The notes beneath the pieces are model-generated. The model was not told the origin of the DNA. It ran no database searches and worked only from the letters and a program-made list of their open reading frames with translations. DNA of 64,000 bases from Macrostomum lignano (taxonomy: Eukaryota), in assembly GCA_002269645.1 (NCBI GenBank), contig NIVC01001298.1, positions 1 to 64,000 on the forward strand, given 5' to 3'. A program made the position numbers and the translations under genes. Shown in pieces: positions 10,131 through 24,007 of the stretch. Each line of letters opens with the position of its first letter. Position 1 is the stretch's first letter.

Positions 10131-11833
10131 ATTCAGACTGAGATCGAGACGATTATAGGGAAGCTGGATTGTCCCAGTCTCAACTTAAAAGCTTTTCTAG
10201 TTAAGCTATCTCTATATATGCCCAAGGAGAAAAGGTTCACTTTTGCAATTTTTGCAAAGAGAAGCAGAGGCTCAGTTTATCTTCTGCATTGGCTTTTGCA
10301 GCAGTTCATTTTTGTTTCTTTTGTTAAGAAGCTCCTGTCAATCTTTCATGTTTGGTTTTGTTCAATCCAAACGGCTTTGGTTAAAAAAAGCATCGCTTTT
10401 TTCGCTTTTAAAATCTTGAAAAAGTATCTCTGCATCAAGTCTGACAGCTTGCAGACTTTAAATTCCAGGGAGTTGATTTCTGATTTAAGCATCCACATGT
10501 ATTATGGCTGCCTCTGAGTGTTGTTTAAACGAAACGCATAATACGGAAGCTACATTTTTACGCCCGTAACTTTTGTTTCTAATTAAATTTGAAATAGAAT
10601 TAACCTTATTGCAGTGAAAATTTACTCAATTTGAAAAATCCAAAAGCAAAAATTTTCAGGTCTCAAGCGGCGGTATATGCACTACACTGCATTTATAGTT
10701 GAAACTTTATTTTTTGAAGCCACTAGCTTTTACCAAGCATTATAAAAAGTCATATTAGTTTCATGCAAGGCAGATTGAAGTATTAAGATATGCCATTTTA
10801 ACCATAAAAATCCTATATAAATTTCTGTCTCCAATTACGATGATAAATAACTGTAGCATTTTTGTGTAGTTAGTGTCCACAAGATTGAATTGCTTTCATA
10901 ACATGATAAAATATTTGATCAATTTTTTTAATAAAACGAACATGCTGTCCATGCGATGCGGTTATAAAGCATTTGATTTTGCGCGAAAACTTCCAGCAGT
11001 AGTTAAAAAACATGTCATTATTTGTTTTAATTAACATGCGTGCATAATATACGATATTTGAAAAAAATTCATCGCGTAGACAAACTAGAAAAACGTAGAA
11101 AAATGAAACAAGTTACGTTTCAGTATATAATACTGGACTGATTTCAATATTTTAATGAAAGATACCAACGCCAAAAAACCTACTCTGACAGTCAAAATCT
11201 TTCAGAAAAAATAAGGGTGAAAAAATCGAGAAACAAACAAACTAGAATTTAATTAACAATGAAGATGATAGAGCCGATTATAGGAGATTAATTAAAACAA
11301 CTTTTACCCAAGGACCACTCAAGTTTGTAGAAGGAACCAAAATATTTCTCAGTAAATCTCAGGGACCTGGATTTAATTATTGGTAATTTAAATAAATGTT
11401 TATAATTATTCCAAGTGATGGCCTTTTATGTAAAGTATTTTTAATCAGTGTCTTTCTTGTACTTTTCAAGTTTGTAAAAATAAAATTTCCAGATTATTTT
11501 TTTTATAATAGAAATACTACAGGTACACTTAAAGGACAGATCATGGTTTTTAGCTAATTGGTTTTCCTTGGCTTAAATTCTGCTCATGTGATTTTGGATA
11601 TGCGGACTAGCTAACGTGTAAAAACTTCTATTGGTTCCTAACGCTTCCATTGAAAAGCATTGCTTTTAGAGTTTTTTTTTATTTCAGACTTTTGAATCGA
11701 GCTTTGCAAAAACTCTGCGATCTTGCTAGATTTTCTAAGAAACGAAGCCTCCCAACAACCTTCTACCGGAGCCGTACTTGGCTTAAGCCGGGCCGGGCCA
11801 TCGGCCGGGCCGGTCCGATGTGAACCACTGCAA

Positions 11834-11949
11834 CTACAGATCCGTGACTCCGGGGTAGCCTCCGCCGCCCCCACCTCCACCACCGAATTCATCGAGGCTG
11901 GCCGCCCCCATCATGCGCCTGTGGTGCCGCCTTCGATTGAAAAAGCCGC

Positions 11950-11986
<37 letters not shown>

Positions 11987-12056
11987 TGCGTCTTCGAGGT
12001 TCACTTGCTGCGGCTGCTGCTGCTGCTGCGGCGACTGCGGAACTGCCTGCTGTGGT

Positions 12057-12097
<41 letters not shown>

Positions 12098-12422
12098 AGC
12101 AGCTCTCGAGGCCATCCTCGACGTGTTCACTCCGCGATCTTCACGTTCCACTGGCACCGTAGCCGACTCCTGATCTCGAAGCTCCTTAGCAACAGTATGC
12201 GTCTCGGCGCTGACCATTTCCGCTGAGCTAGCGGCGGAGGCGGCGGCCGCCGCAGCCACCGCTGAAATCGCGGAGCCGAACTGGCCGACGTCGCGAGTGG
12301 GCGTGAAGTCCACTATCATGCAGGACTCGCGCAGGAAGTCCACCGGCTCGGTTTGAACTTCGACGCTTTCAGTGTCCTCGTTGCCGCCAACAGTGTCCAT
12401 GCTGCTGGTGAGCGAGGAGTAG
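11834..12422 (-). CDS. TRIM gene, last exon (poly-Gln/poly-Gly low-complexity tail)
   Basis: Acceptor CCGCCAG| before 12422 joins the phase-2 end of the previous exon (AG|C = Ser) in the frame of ORF 11834..12400; stop TAG at 11836-11834. Confidence 0.7.
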
Positions 12423-12584
12423 CTGGCGGCGACAGGGGCGGTGGTTTTGTGGTTAAATGCTCACTTTGTTTTGGGTGTCGAGTCGTCTGTACTCACTCCA
12501 AAACACGCTCTAGACATTCATAAGCGCGTCTGGTTACGCCTGTCCACTCTGAAGCACATCTGATCACTTTGAGATAAATAAGCG

Positions 12585-13798
12585 AGCCCTCTGAAGCCTA
12601 ATTGAGCACTCTGAAGCTTAATTGATCACTCTGATGCCTAATTGAGCACTCTGATGCTTAATTGAGCACTCTGATGCCTAATTGATCACTCTGAAGCTCA
12701 ATTGCTCACTCTGATGCCTAATTGAGCACTCTGATGCTTAATTGAGCACTCTGATGCCTAATTGATCACTCTGATGCCTAATTGATCACTCTGATGCCTA
12801 ATTGATCACTCTGATGCCTGATTGATCACTCTGAAGCTTAATTGATCACTCTGATGCCTAATTGATCACTCTGATGCTTAATTGATCACTCTGAAGCTTA
12901 ATTGATCACTCTGATGCCTAATTGATCACTCTGATGCCTAATTGATCACTCTGATGCCTAATTGATCACTCTGAAGCTTAATTGATCACTCTGATGCCTA
13001 ATTGAGCACTCTGATGCTTAATTGAGCACTCTGATGCCTAATTGATCACTCTGATGCCTAATTGATCACTCTGATGCCTAATTGATCACTCTGATGCCTA
13101 ATTGATCACTCTGATGCCTAATTGATCACTCTGATGCCTAATTGAGCACTCTGATGCCTAATTGATCACTCTGATGCCTAATTGATCACTCTGATGCCTG
13201 ATTGATCACTCTGATGCCTAATTGAGCACTCTGATGCCTAATTGATCACTCTGATGCCTAATTGAGCACTCTGATGCCTAATTGATCACTCTGATGCCTG
13301 ATTGATCACTCTGAAGCTTAACTGATCACTCTGATACCTAATTGATCACTCTGAAGCTTAATTGAGCACTCTGATACCTAATTGATCACTCTGAAGCTCA
13401 ATTGCTCACTCTGATGCTTAATTGAGCACTCTGAAGCTTAACTGAGCACTCTGATGCCTAATTGATCACTCTGAAGCTCAATTGCTCACTCTGATGCTTA
13501 ATTGAGCACTCTGAAGCTTAACTGAGCACTCTGATACCTAATTGATCACTCTGAAGCTTAATTGAGCACTCTGATACCTAATTGATCACTCTGAAGCTCA
13601 ATTGCTCACTCTGATGCTTAATTGAGCACTCTGAAGCTTAACTGAGCACTCTGATGCCTAATTGATCACTCTGAAGCTCAATTGCTCACTCTGATGCTTA
13701 ATTGAGCACTCTGAAGCTTAACTGAGCACTCTGATGCCTAATTGATCTCTCTGAAGCTCAATTGCTCACTCTGATGCCTAATTGATCACTCTGAAGCA
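12585..13798. repeat. Intronic minisatellite, 20-bp unit AATTGATCACTCTGATGCCT
   Basis: About 60 tandem units filling the last TRIM intron. Confidence 0.95.
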
Positions 13799-13853
13799 CA
13801 CAGTCTTAACAGAGCCCAACTAAGCGACTTTCAAACTTTTCCCAACCGCTCAC

Positions 13854-14203
13854 CTGGAATTCGAAACGATACAGCTGCGAAATTTACTAGCATTCGGCTT
13901 GTCCATGTCCTGTATGGAGCCCAGCTCGATGTGCCCAGGCAGAAAGCGAATCTCCTTGCTCATGGTCTTGGGCAGGTCAAGGTCCATGGCCGAGGACAGC
14001 GAGGACAATTTCTCCTGTACTTCCTTCTTTAACAGAAGCAGTTCGATATCTTTGCCTTGCAGAACCATTTCTGTCAGAGCGCAGGTGCTTTTCAAGGTGG
14101 ACAGAGCGGACTGCAGGTCGGCCTTCCTGCCGATCACCTCCATGGTCTGCTTGCCGTACAGGTTGTGAATCTCGTCAATCAGCTGCTTCTCCCGCTGACG
14201 GAT
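13854..14203 (-). CDS. TRIM gene, coiled-coil exon
   Basis: Acceptor TTTGCAG| at 14204, donor AG|GTGAGC at 13853. [13 protein letters not shown]...[12 protein letters not shown]...IRFLPG resembles the TRIM coiled-coil region. Confidence 0.85.
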
Positions 14204-14263
14204 CTGCAAAGATATTGGGGAGTTCGAAAGTTATGGCTAAATATACGAATTTTTCACGGTCAA

Positions 14264-15016
<753 letters not shown>

Positions 15017-15052
15017 AGCGCCAAACAGAGATTTAGATCAACAAAGACCTAC

Positions 15053-15915
15053 ATCAGAGATAAACTCGATGGCGAGCTCGCGAATTTTCTGCTCAGCCTC
15101 CGTAATCTGCCGCTCAGTGCCCGCCACTCGCTCGACGTACTTTTCATAGACTTCAATTTTACTTTTGCAATCTACCAGAATGCCTTCGATATCGGCCTTG
15201 TACTTGACAACGGCCTCGCTAAAGTTGGACACCTCGTGGTCTTTGTGCTCGTTGAATGTGCAGATGATGCAGATGCAGGCTTGGCAGGGCTCGCAGTAGA
15301 ATCGAACCACCTCATCTTCGTGCTCCTTGCAGATGACGTCTTTCTCAGTCTCAACGTCGAATATCGAATGGTCCCTGGTCACTTTGGTCTCCTTGTGCTG
15401 CTCAACGCACGACGAGCATAGAAGCTTGTTGCAGTCCAGACACTTACTAGCGGCGTCCTTGAGCTTCTTGGCCACGGTCTTGCAGATGTCGCAGTTGGCT
15501 GTGCCGGACACTTTCTGCCTGTCCATCGTGTCGGAGAGGTTGGAGATTAAGAAATTGTCTGGCAGCTTCTTAGCGCCTCCAAGCGGCAGTTGAGTCCGCT
15601 TCCTGCACAGCGGACAGGTGAACTCCCTGTAGTCCGAGTACTTCTTGTAGGCCGCCTCCGAGGCGATGTGGTTCTCGATGCACACCTCGCAGAAAGTGTG
15701 CAAACAGGCCAAGCATTTCGGCGTCTTGAACGGCTCCATGCAGATTTTGCACACCAGAAATTCGTCGTGAATTTCTTGGACTAACTTGCCGGCGGAGCCG
15801 ACAGGGACCGACATGATTGGCGAGGGACTGAACCGGGAGCCGCCGCTTGCTGCCGACTTGCCACTGGAGTGGTCGATCACGCTCTTGGACCGGACCTTCT
15901 CTTCGCCAGTTGCGT
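15053..15915 (-). CDS. TRIM E3 ligase (TRIM2/3/56-like): RING + two B-boxes + start of coiled coil
   Basis: C3HC4 RING CKIC...CLHTFC..C...CPLC, B-box1 CDIC...[15 protein letters not shown]-box2 [32 protein letters not shown]. Donor GAT|GTAGGT at 15052. A branch point CTAAC plus acceptor TAG at 15916 implies an unlocated upstream exon; first in-frame ATG is at 15814. Confidence 0.92.
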
Positions 15916-15944
15916 CTACCCGGATGGACAGGGGAGTTAGGGTT

Positions 15945-16797
15945 CTTTATAGGGGAATTAGGGCTCTTTGAGGGGAATTAGGGCTCTTTACAGGGGAATT
16001 AGGGCTCTTTACAGGGGAATTAAGGCTGTTTACAGGGAAATTAGAAGCTAGCTTCAGGGGAATCAGGTTCTAGCTTCAGGGGAATGCGGTGCTAGCTTCA
16101 GGGGAATGAGGTGCCAGCTTCAGGGGAATGAGGTGCTAGCTTCAGGGGAATGAGGTGCTAGCTTCAGGGGAATGCGGTGCTAGCTTCAGGGGAATGCGGT
16201 GCTAGCTTCAGGGGAATGCGGTGCTAGCTTGAGGGGAATGAGGTGCTAGCTTCAGGGGAATGCGGTGCTAGCTTAAGGGGAATGAGGTGCTAGCTTCAGG
16301 GGAATGCGGTGCTAGCTTCAGGGGAATGCGGTGCTAGCTTCAGGGGAATGCGGTGCTAGCTTCAGGGGAATGCGGTGCTAGCTTCAGGGGAATGCGGTGC
16401 TAGCTTCAGGGGAATGCGGTGCTAGCTTCAGGGAAATGCGGTGCTAGCTTCAGGGGAATGAGGTGCTAGCTTCAGGGGAATGCGGTGCTAGCTTCAGGGG
16501 AATGAGGTGCCAGCTTCAGGGGAATGAGGTGCTAGCTTCAGGGGAATGCGGTGCTAGCTTAAGGGGAATGAGGTGCTAGCTTCAGGGGAATGCGGTGCTA
16601 GCTTAAGGGGAATGAGGTGCTAGCTTCAGGGGAATGCGGTGCTAGCTTCAGGGGAATGAGGTGCTAGCTTCAGGGGAATGCGGTGCTAGCTTCAGGGGAA
16701 TGCGGTGCTAGCTTGAGGGGAATGAGGTGCTAGCTTCAGGGGAATGAGGTGCTAGCTTCAGGGGAATGAGGTGCTAGCTTCAGGGGAATGAGGTGCT
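15945..16797. repeat. Minisatellite, 21-22-bp unit GCTAGCTTCAGGGGAATGCGGT
   Basis: Tandem array grading from GGGGAATTAGGGCTCTTTACA units next to the exon into the 22-mer. Confidence 0.95.
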
Positions 16798-17799
16798 GTT
16801 ATTGAGGCTGGCATAGTAACAAATTAATCGAACACAAAAGCCACTCACTCTGATTCCTAAAAGCCAATCTGCTAGAAATGCTGGACATTCTTAAAAATTT
16901 GACACGAGAAAGACGATCGGCGAGCTGTCAGACCGGCAAGCAATCAATTATCATTAGTCTGATTAACGCTGAGATATCGAAAAATCTGAAGTGAGAAAAA
17001 TTGAAGAAAAAAAACTGGTTCGAAATATGTGAGAGCTACAGCAGACAACTTCTGGGGCCAACCTGAGGCATTCAAGTCGTGCGCGTCTTTTTAATCCTAC
17101 CTCCATCTGGGCCTGGAATAGAAATCTGCCATGAACCCATGGAGTTCTAGAGCTAATAGATATCTGGACTGGAAACTACTTAGATAAGAATTGTTAAAAT
17201 TTTCCCGCAAACAAATCTGGACTTTGGCTGAATTTCAGTCCTCTTTCTAATTGATAACATTGAGAAACGGATACGAAAAAATGATAAAAAAAATTTTCTA
17301 AAAGAAAATAATTATTTGATTCGAAAACTCCAGATGCTAGATTTAGTAGTCCCAGACCCAATAGACCCCACACCCGCTGTTCCCTTTGCTTTCGCTTCTT
17401 TCCAACTGTACGCTTCTGCCTGCCTCCCTCCTTTCGCCTGTTTGGAACCTTCAACGAAAGCTTTTCCTCTTTCCTTTGCTGCTTTGCCTGTCCGAGAGGG
17501 TCAGGCCAGGCAAATGGATTGAATCGAATGCTGCACCACATGGACTTCTGGGACTGCGGCGATCTGGATTGGAAGGCAAAGACGACAGCTTTAACCGATA
17601 AAAAATGATAAACAAACTTTGTAGCAGTGCACTGGAAGGTCGAACTTAAAGTTACAGTTAAAAGAAATTAGAAAGTAATTCAAAGAACCTTATGCACTTT
17701 TTTATTTGATCTGAAATACTCGTTTTTCGCTAAAATATACTCTGCTGAGCTGACAAGGACTAAAGTGCCTCATGAACCATAACGGCGCCTTATTTTAAT

Positions 17800-18365
17800 C
17801 ATGGCGGCGCCTGATTTTATCTATCATTGTGGTGAATCATTTATCATGTTGGCGCCTGATTTTATCTATCATTGTGGTGAATCATTTATCATGTTGGCGC
17901 CTCATTTTATCTATCATGGTGGTGAATCATTTATCATGGTGGCGCCTCATTTTATCTATCATGGTGGTGAATCATTTATCATGTTGGCGCCTCATTTTAT
18001 CTATCATGGTGGTGAATCATTTATCATGGTGGCGCCTCATTTTATCTATCATGGTGGTGAATCATTTATCATGGTGGCGCCTCATTTTATCTATCATGGT
18101 GGTAAATCATTTATCATGGTGGCGCCTCATTTTATCTATCATTGTGGTAAATCATTTATCATGGTGGCGCCTCATTTTATCTATCATGGTGGTAAATCAT
18201 TTATCATGGTGGCGCCTCATTTTATCTATCATGGTGGTGAATCATTTTATCTATCATGGTGGTGAATCATTTATCATGTTGGCGCCTCATTTTATCTATC
18301 ATGGTGGCGCCTCATTTATCATGGCGCTCCTCATTTTATCGAAATTGCGCCTCATTTTATTACAA
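17800..18365. repeat. Minisatellite, 45-bp unit ATGGTGGCGCCTCATTTTATCTATCATGGTGGTGAATCATTTATC
   Basis: About 12 tandem units. Confidence 0.93.
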
Positions 18366-19019
18366 TGGCACCTCTGTTTAGCTATCATGGCGGTGTCTTA
18401 TTTATTGAATTCTAGTTTAACAAAAGTTCAACATATGTTCGACCGCCTACAAACGCAGTCTTCAAACCAAAGTTCACCAGTCCACTAAATCCTCAAGGAT
18501 GTCCATGAAATCCTCGACCGCGTGTACACTACGCAGGCTCACTGTACACTGCATGCACAGCGTTACCCCATGGAGTAATTTGCAATTTGCCAACGGACTG
18601 CCCAGCTTAAAGACCGCGAAGTCCTTCCACACTGGCATAAAATAGCTCGCAATACTCGTATGCATAGTTATTCACCCTTACCTATCCCCAGTAGATCTCT
18701 TAGGTACGTACTTAAAACTTACTGTGGCCACACTCCGAGGCCCAGTCACCTGCATGACGCATTTTTTGACGTCTGGGAACCAGCCAGGGCTCTGTCCAAA
18801 AATGGAAGCATGTGTAGCCGGCTTGATGGAGACTGCGTGGGTGCATCTGAGGGTCGAGCTGTGTTCGGTAGAGACTGCACAACTGCTGAGGGGATGTGTA
18901 CTACGTAATGACCAAATGAGCGACTGGGAAAATCGATAGAGAGAGTGACGAGAGCAGTGTGACAAATAAAGGGACTTTAAGTGACTTAGATTTACATGTA
19001 CGTAGAAGAGTGACAAAGA

Positions 19020-19515
19020 ATCAATCAGAGAGTGACTACAAGAGTGAAATCAGGGAGTGACTAGAAAAATGAAATCTGAGAGTGACTAGAAGAATGAAAT
19101 CATAGAATGACTATAAGAGTGAATTCGGAGAGTGACTAGAAGAGTGAATTCGGAGAGTGACTAGAAGAGTGAAATCAGAGAGTGACTAGAAGAGTGAAAT
19201 CAGGGAGTGACTAGAAGAGTGAAATCAGAGAGTGACTAGAAGAGTGAAATCAGGGAGTGACTCGATGAGTGAAATCAGAGAGTGACTAGAAGAGTGAAAT
19301 CAGGGAGTGACTAGAAGAATGAAATCAGAGAGTGACTAGAAGAGTGAAATCGGGGAGTGACTAGAAGAGTGAAATCAGAGAGTGACTAGAAGAGTGAAAT
19401 TGGGGAGTGACTAGAAGAGTGAAATCGGGGAGTGACTAGAAGAGTGAAATCAGGGAGTGACTAGAAGAATGAAATCAGAGAGTGACTAGAAGAGTGAAAT
19501 CGGGGAGTGACTATA
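19020..19515. repeat. Minisatellite, 25-bp unit GAGTGACTAGAAGAGTGAAATCAGA
   Basis: Tandem repetition. Confidence 0.93.
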
Positions 19516-19989
19516 GAAACAAATAAAAATGTACAGTGGAATGCTTCGCTCTCCCAGAGGAATGGGTAGAATATTTATCATTAGCTTGATTCTCTACTTT
19601 AAGTAGACTAAGGGTAAAACAGAACTAAATCCTCGAGAAGTTAAATTTGAATATTGAATATTGCAATAGAGATTGGCAGTCTCAGAGCGGGAATCCATTA
19701 GTGCTATATTATTCCCTGTGACTGCCAGCGCCCTTTACACTTGGCTTGTAGGCCATAGAAAAAAATCTGCAGTTGGCAATAACCGCAGAAATCTGACGAA
19801 ACTGCAAACTGCCTGCTCCCAGAGAGGGAAGGAAGTGGCAGCAGCCCGAGTTTTCCAGTTTCCCATTTTCTTTCCAATTCATAAGCGCGATTTGCTCTCG
19901 CCTTGCTAATTTCCCTTTCTATCGTCAGCTATGCTGGGCTGAGCCGGCCAGCGTGATTGTTGAATAAAATACTTGAAGAATTTCGAGAG

Positions 19990-20650
19990 CAGAGGGGGGT
20001 AGAGAGGGAGGGTAGAGAGGGAGGGTAGAGAGGGGGATGGTAGAGAGGGGGAGGGTAGAGAGGGAGGGTAAAAAAGTGGAGAGTAGAGAGAGTAGAGACG
20101 GAGGTTAGAGAGGGGGAGGGTAGAGAGGGAGAGTAGAAAGAGGGTAGAGACGGAGGGTAGAGAGAGGGAATGTAGAGAGGGAGGGTAAAGAGGGAGAGTA
20201 GAGGGAGGTTACAGAGGGAGGGGAGAGAGAAGGAGGGTCGAGAGGGAGATTAGAGACGGAGGGTAGAGAGGGAGAGTAGAGACGGAGGGTAGAGAGGGAG
20301 AGTATAGACGGAGGGTAGAGAGGGAGAGTAGAGACGGAGGGTAGAGAGGGAGAGTAGAGACGGAGGGTAGAGAGGGAGAGTAGAGACGGAGGGTAGAGAG
20401 GGAGAGTAGAGACGGAGGGTAGAGAGGGAGAGTAGAGACGGAGGGTAGAGAGGGAGAGTAGAGACGGAGGGTAGAGAGGGAGAGTAGAGACGGAGGGTAG
20501 AGAGGGAGAGTAGAGACGGAGGGTAGAGAGGGAGAGTAGAGACGGAGGGTAGAGAGGGAGAGTAGAGACGGAGGGTAGAGAGAGTGTAGAGACGGAGGGT
20601 AGAGAGGGAAGTTAGAGAGAAGGAGGGTGGAAAAGGAGGGTAGAGAGAGG
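19990..20650. repeat. Purine-rich minisatellite, 26-bp unit GTAGAGAGGGAGAGTAGAGACGGAGG
   Basis: Homogeneous core with degenerate edges. Confidence 0.92.
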
Positions 20651-20993
20651 GATTGTTAAAGCCTCAGCCAGCGATAGAAAATCTGGCATCATCAACCAAG
20701 AAGCTTCAGACTGCAACGCCGAAGTGACTGGTCACAGCATTATTTATTGTTTGTTCAATGCGTTTCTGTAAGTGGATGCTGCAGTGCACTGGCAGCTGAT
20801 CACACTCCATGCGAGTACAGTCAGAGACAAAATATTTCGAGAAGTGGTCAACACACAGAAAAAAACTGATAGTTTTCTTAATTTTTTCAACGAATATTTT
20901 CGTTAAGCCAAGAAACAAGACGAGTACACAATACAGTTCAGTTTTTTGTTAGAATCGACTGCTTTAAACTTGGACATTGATTAGCTTCACACC

Positions 20994-22069
20994 TCAGGAC
21001 CGGCACATTGTCAGCTTCTTGAAGGCCAGCCGGAAGTCCTTGTTGAAGATGGTGTACAGAATGGGGTTGAGACCGCTGTTCGCGTAGCCCAGCCAGATCG
21101 CCAGCTCCTGGACCACTTCGACAATCTTGGAGGCGGTGCCGTCTCCGTCGCTGCTACCGCTGTCGCTTGTCAGGCCGCGGATGAGGTACATCAGGGTGAA
21201 GGGCATCCAGCACACGATGAAGATCACGATGATGATGAGCATTCGCTGAGTGGCGCGCTGCTCTCGCTGATCCGCCCGCTGAATATGCTGCTGGTGCTGA
21301 TGATGGTGGCTTTCAGGATTCCCGTGCTGCTGCTGGTGCCTTCTCGACTGGAACACCTGCTGGACGATTGACTTGCGCTTGGCGTGCTGCTGCCGCTGCT
21401 GCAGTTGAGTCTCCTCCTCCTCGCAGACCGACTCCGTGGCGATGCACTCGTCCTTGGTGGTCGGATCCATGCAGCTGCTGGGAGCATTCAGTGCCACCAG
21501 AGTTGACGCGTCCTCGCCATTGATGGCAACGGTTGGTCGCTCCTCGTCATGCTGCTGCTGCTGGTGCTGCTGCTGGTGCTTCTGAGAAGCAGCAACCCGG
21601 CCAATGCTGAGGCGCTTTTTCTGATTCTGCCTGAGCACCCGAGCCCGACGCTGCAGAACCACGAAGATTCTCGAATAGAGCACGATCATGACCACCAGGG
21701 GCAGGATGAAGCTTCCAGTTGCCGAGTACAGCACGTAGTTCTTCTCGTTGAACAGGTCGCACTGAACCGCGTCGCTCGAGTTGTCGATTCGAACCAGCGA
21801 CTTCTTGAATTTCTCAATTGGGTTGATGAATTTCTTGCCGTTCCAGCCGACCAGGTGCGGCAGGCAGATCAGGCCGCTGAGCAGCCAGATGAACAGCGAG
21901 TAGCAGCCGAAGCGCCTGACCTTCCTCTGCTCCCGGTACCAGATCGGGAACGCCGTGGCCGTGAACCGGTCGAACGCGATAACAACCAGACTCCAGATGG
22001 AGGCGGTGCAGTACAGGACATCCAGGCTCAGCCAGATGTTGCAAATGGCGATGCCGAACACCCAGTGGC
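20994..22069 (-). CDS. Class A biogenic-amine GPCR (octopamine/tyramine/5-HT1-like), TM3-TM7 exon
   Basis: W.FG..IC..W..LDVLYCTASI (Asp3.32), DRF, TM5 YSATGSFILP, CWMPF, NPILY. Acceptor CTACCAG| at 22070 in phase 1. Confidence 0.92.
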
Positions 22070-22204
22070 CTGGTAGAAATTTGTGTGATGGACAAAATTT
22101 ATTTGATTAAACTTTTATAGTTTTGTTTATGTAGACTACAGAGTTGTAGAAAATAAGTAAAATGTGTGAAGGACAAGAAGAGGAGAGTAAATAGTTAGAA
22201 GGAA

Positions 22205-22620
22205 AGGGTTGAGAGGGAGAGGTGAGAGGAAGGAGTGAGAGTGAAGGGAGAGAGTGAAGGGAGAGAGTAAAGGGAGAGAGTGAAGGGAGAGAGTGAAGGG
22301 AGAGAGTGAAGGGAGAGAGTGAAGGGAGAGAGTGAAGGGAGAGAGTGAAGGGAGAGAGTGAAGGGAGAGAGTGAAGGGAGAGAGTAAAGGGAGAGAGTGA
22401 AGGGAGAGAGAGTGAAGGGAGAGAGTGAAGGGAGAGAGTGAAGGGAGAGAGTGAAGGGAGAGAGTGAAGGGAGAGAGTGAAGGGAGAGAGTGAAGGGAGA
22501 GAGTGAAGGGAGAGAGTGAAGGGAGAGAGTGAAGGGAGAGAGTGAAGGGAGAGAGTGAAGGGAGAGAGTGAAGAGAGAGAGTGAAGGGAGAGAGTGAAGA
22601 GAGAGTGAATGAGGGAAGAA
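22205..22620. repeat. Purine-rich minisatellite, 13-bp unit GAAGGGAGAGAGT
   Basis: Tandem repetition in the GPCR intron near the acceptor. Confidence 0.93.
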
Positions 22621-23146
22621 TGAAAGCTAGAAAGTCAGTGAACGCCCAGCCTACAGGAGAAGGCAGTTACGGCGGTCCCCCTTTCCGTTTAAGAATCGAA
22701 TTTCGAACGAAAATTGCTAGGTAATCGGCAGCCATCAGTCTGAAGCAGCGGAATGCTTCCCAAAATGGGAATTTTAATTTGTCAGGCATTAGGCTTGGGT
22801 TTCAAGCTCCATTTAAGGCCAAAATCTTTGGCATCTCACTCGGCAGGAAAATCCGAAGTAATTTCTTGTACCCCTTGGCTACTCAAATTCCTGCTCCGAA
22901 ATCGAGACAGGGGGATTTTTCGGGGGGAATTAATTAGCTTCGCTGAATTAACAGCAGCAGCAGCAGCAGCAAGAGGCTTGCTGATCCCTAATCTGGGACA
23001 TGAGCTGCTAGCCAGACGCTGTAGCAAAGTGAGTGAGGAGCCCCTGCGAGTGCCACCTAACTCCCTGCTTCTCTCAATCTCACTTGCTTCAAACTGCTTT
23101 TCGTGGGTTGTACATGCTCTTTTGCGCAATTTTTAAGCTCTATGGG

Positions 23147-24007
23147 AGAGAGTGACAGGGAGAGTGACAGGGAGAGTGACAGGGAGAGTGACAGGGAGAG
23201 TGACAGGGAGAGTGCCAGGGAGAGTGACAGGGAGAGTGCCAGGGAGAGTGCCAGGGAGAGTGACAGGGAGAGTGACAGGGAGAGTGACAGAAAGAGTGAC
23301 AGGGACAGTGACAGGAAGAGTGACAGGGAGAGTGACAGGCAGAGTGGCGGGGAGGGTAATGAGGGACTGACACAAGGTGACAGGGAGAGTGAAAGGGAGA
23401 GTGACAGAAAGAGTGACAGGGACAGTGACAGGAAGAGTGACAGGGAGAGTGACAGGCAGAGTGGCGGGGAGGGTAATGAGGGACTGACACAAGGTGACAG
23501 GGAGAGTGACAGGGAGAGTGACAGGGAGAGTGACAGGGAGTGTGACAGGGAGAGTGACAGGGAGAGTGACAGAAAGAGTGACAGGGACAGTGACAGGAAG
23601 AGTGACAGGGAGAGTGACAGGCAGAGTGGCGGGGAGGGTAATGAGGGACTGACACAAGGTGACAGGGAGAGTGACAGGGAGAATGACAGGGAGAGTGACA
23701 GGGAGAGTTATAGAGAGAGTGACAGAAAGAGTGACAGGGACAGTGACAGGAAGAGTGACAGGGAGAGTGACAGGCAGAGTGGCGGGGAGGGTAATGAGGG
23801 ACTGACACAAGGTGACAGGGAGAGTGAAAGGGAGAGTGACAGAAAGAGTGACAGGGACAGTGACAGGAAGAGTGACAGGGAGAGTGACAGGCAGAGTGGC
23901 GGGGAGGGTAATGAGGGAGTGACACAAGGTGACAGGGAGAGTGACAGGGAGAATGACAGGGAGAGTGACAGGGAGAGTTATAGAGAGAGTGACAGAGAGA
24001 GTGACGA
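23147..24007. repeat. 12-bp GAGAGTGACAGG array with higher-order cassette
   Basis: The cassette GGCAGAGTGGCGGGGAGGGTAATGAGGGACTGACACAAGG recurs five times. Confidence 0.93.

Noticed and set aside
18400-18960. GC-balanced segment with short ORFs, considered as the TRIM upstream exon or a transposon fragment
   Set aside because: No recognisable motif and no confident splice pairing.
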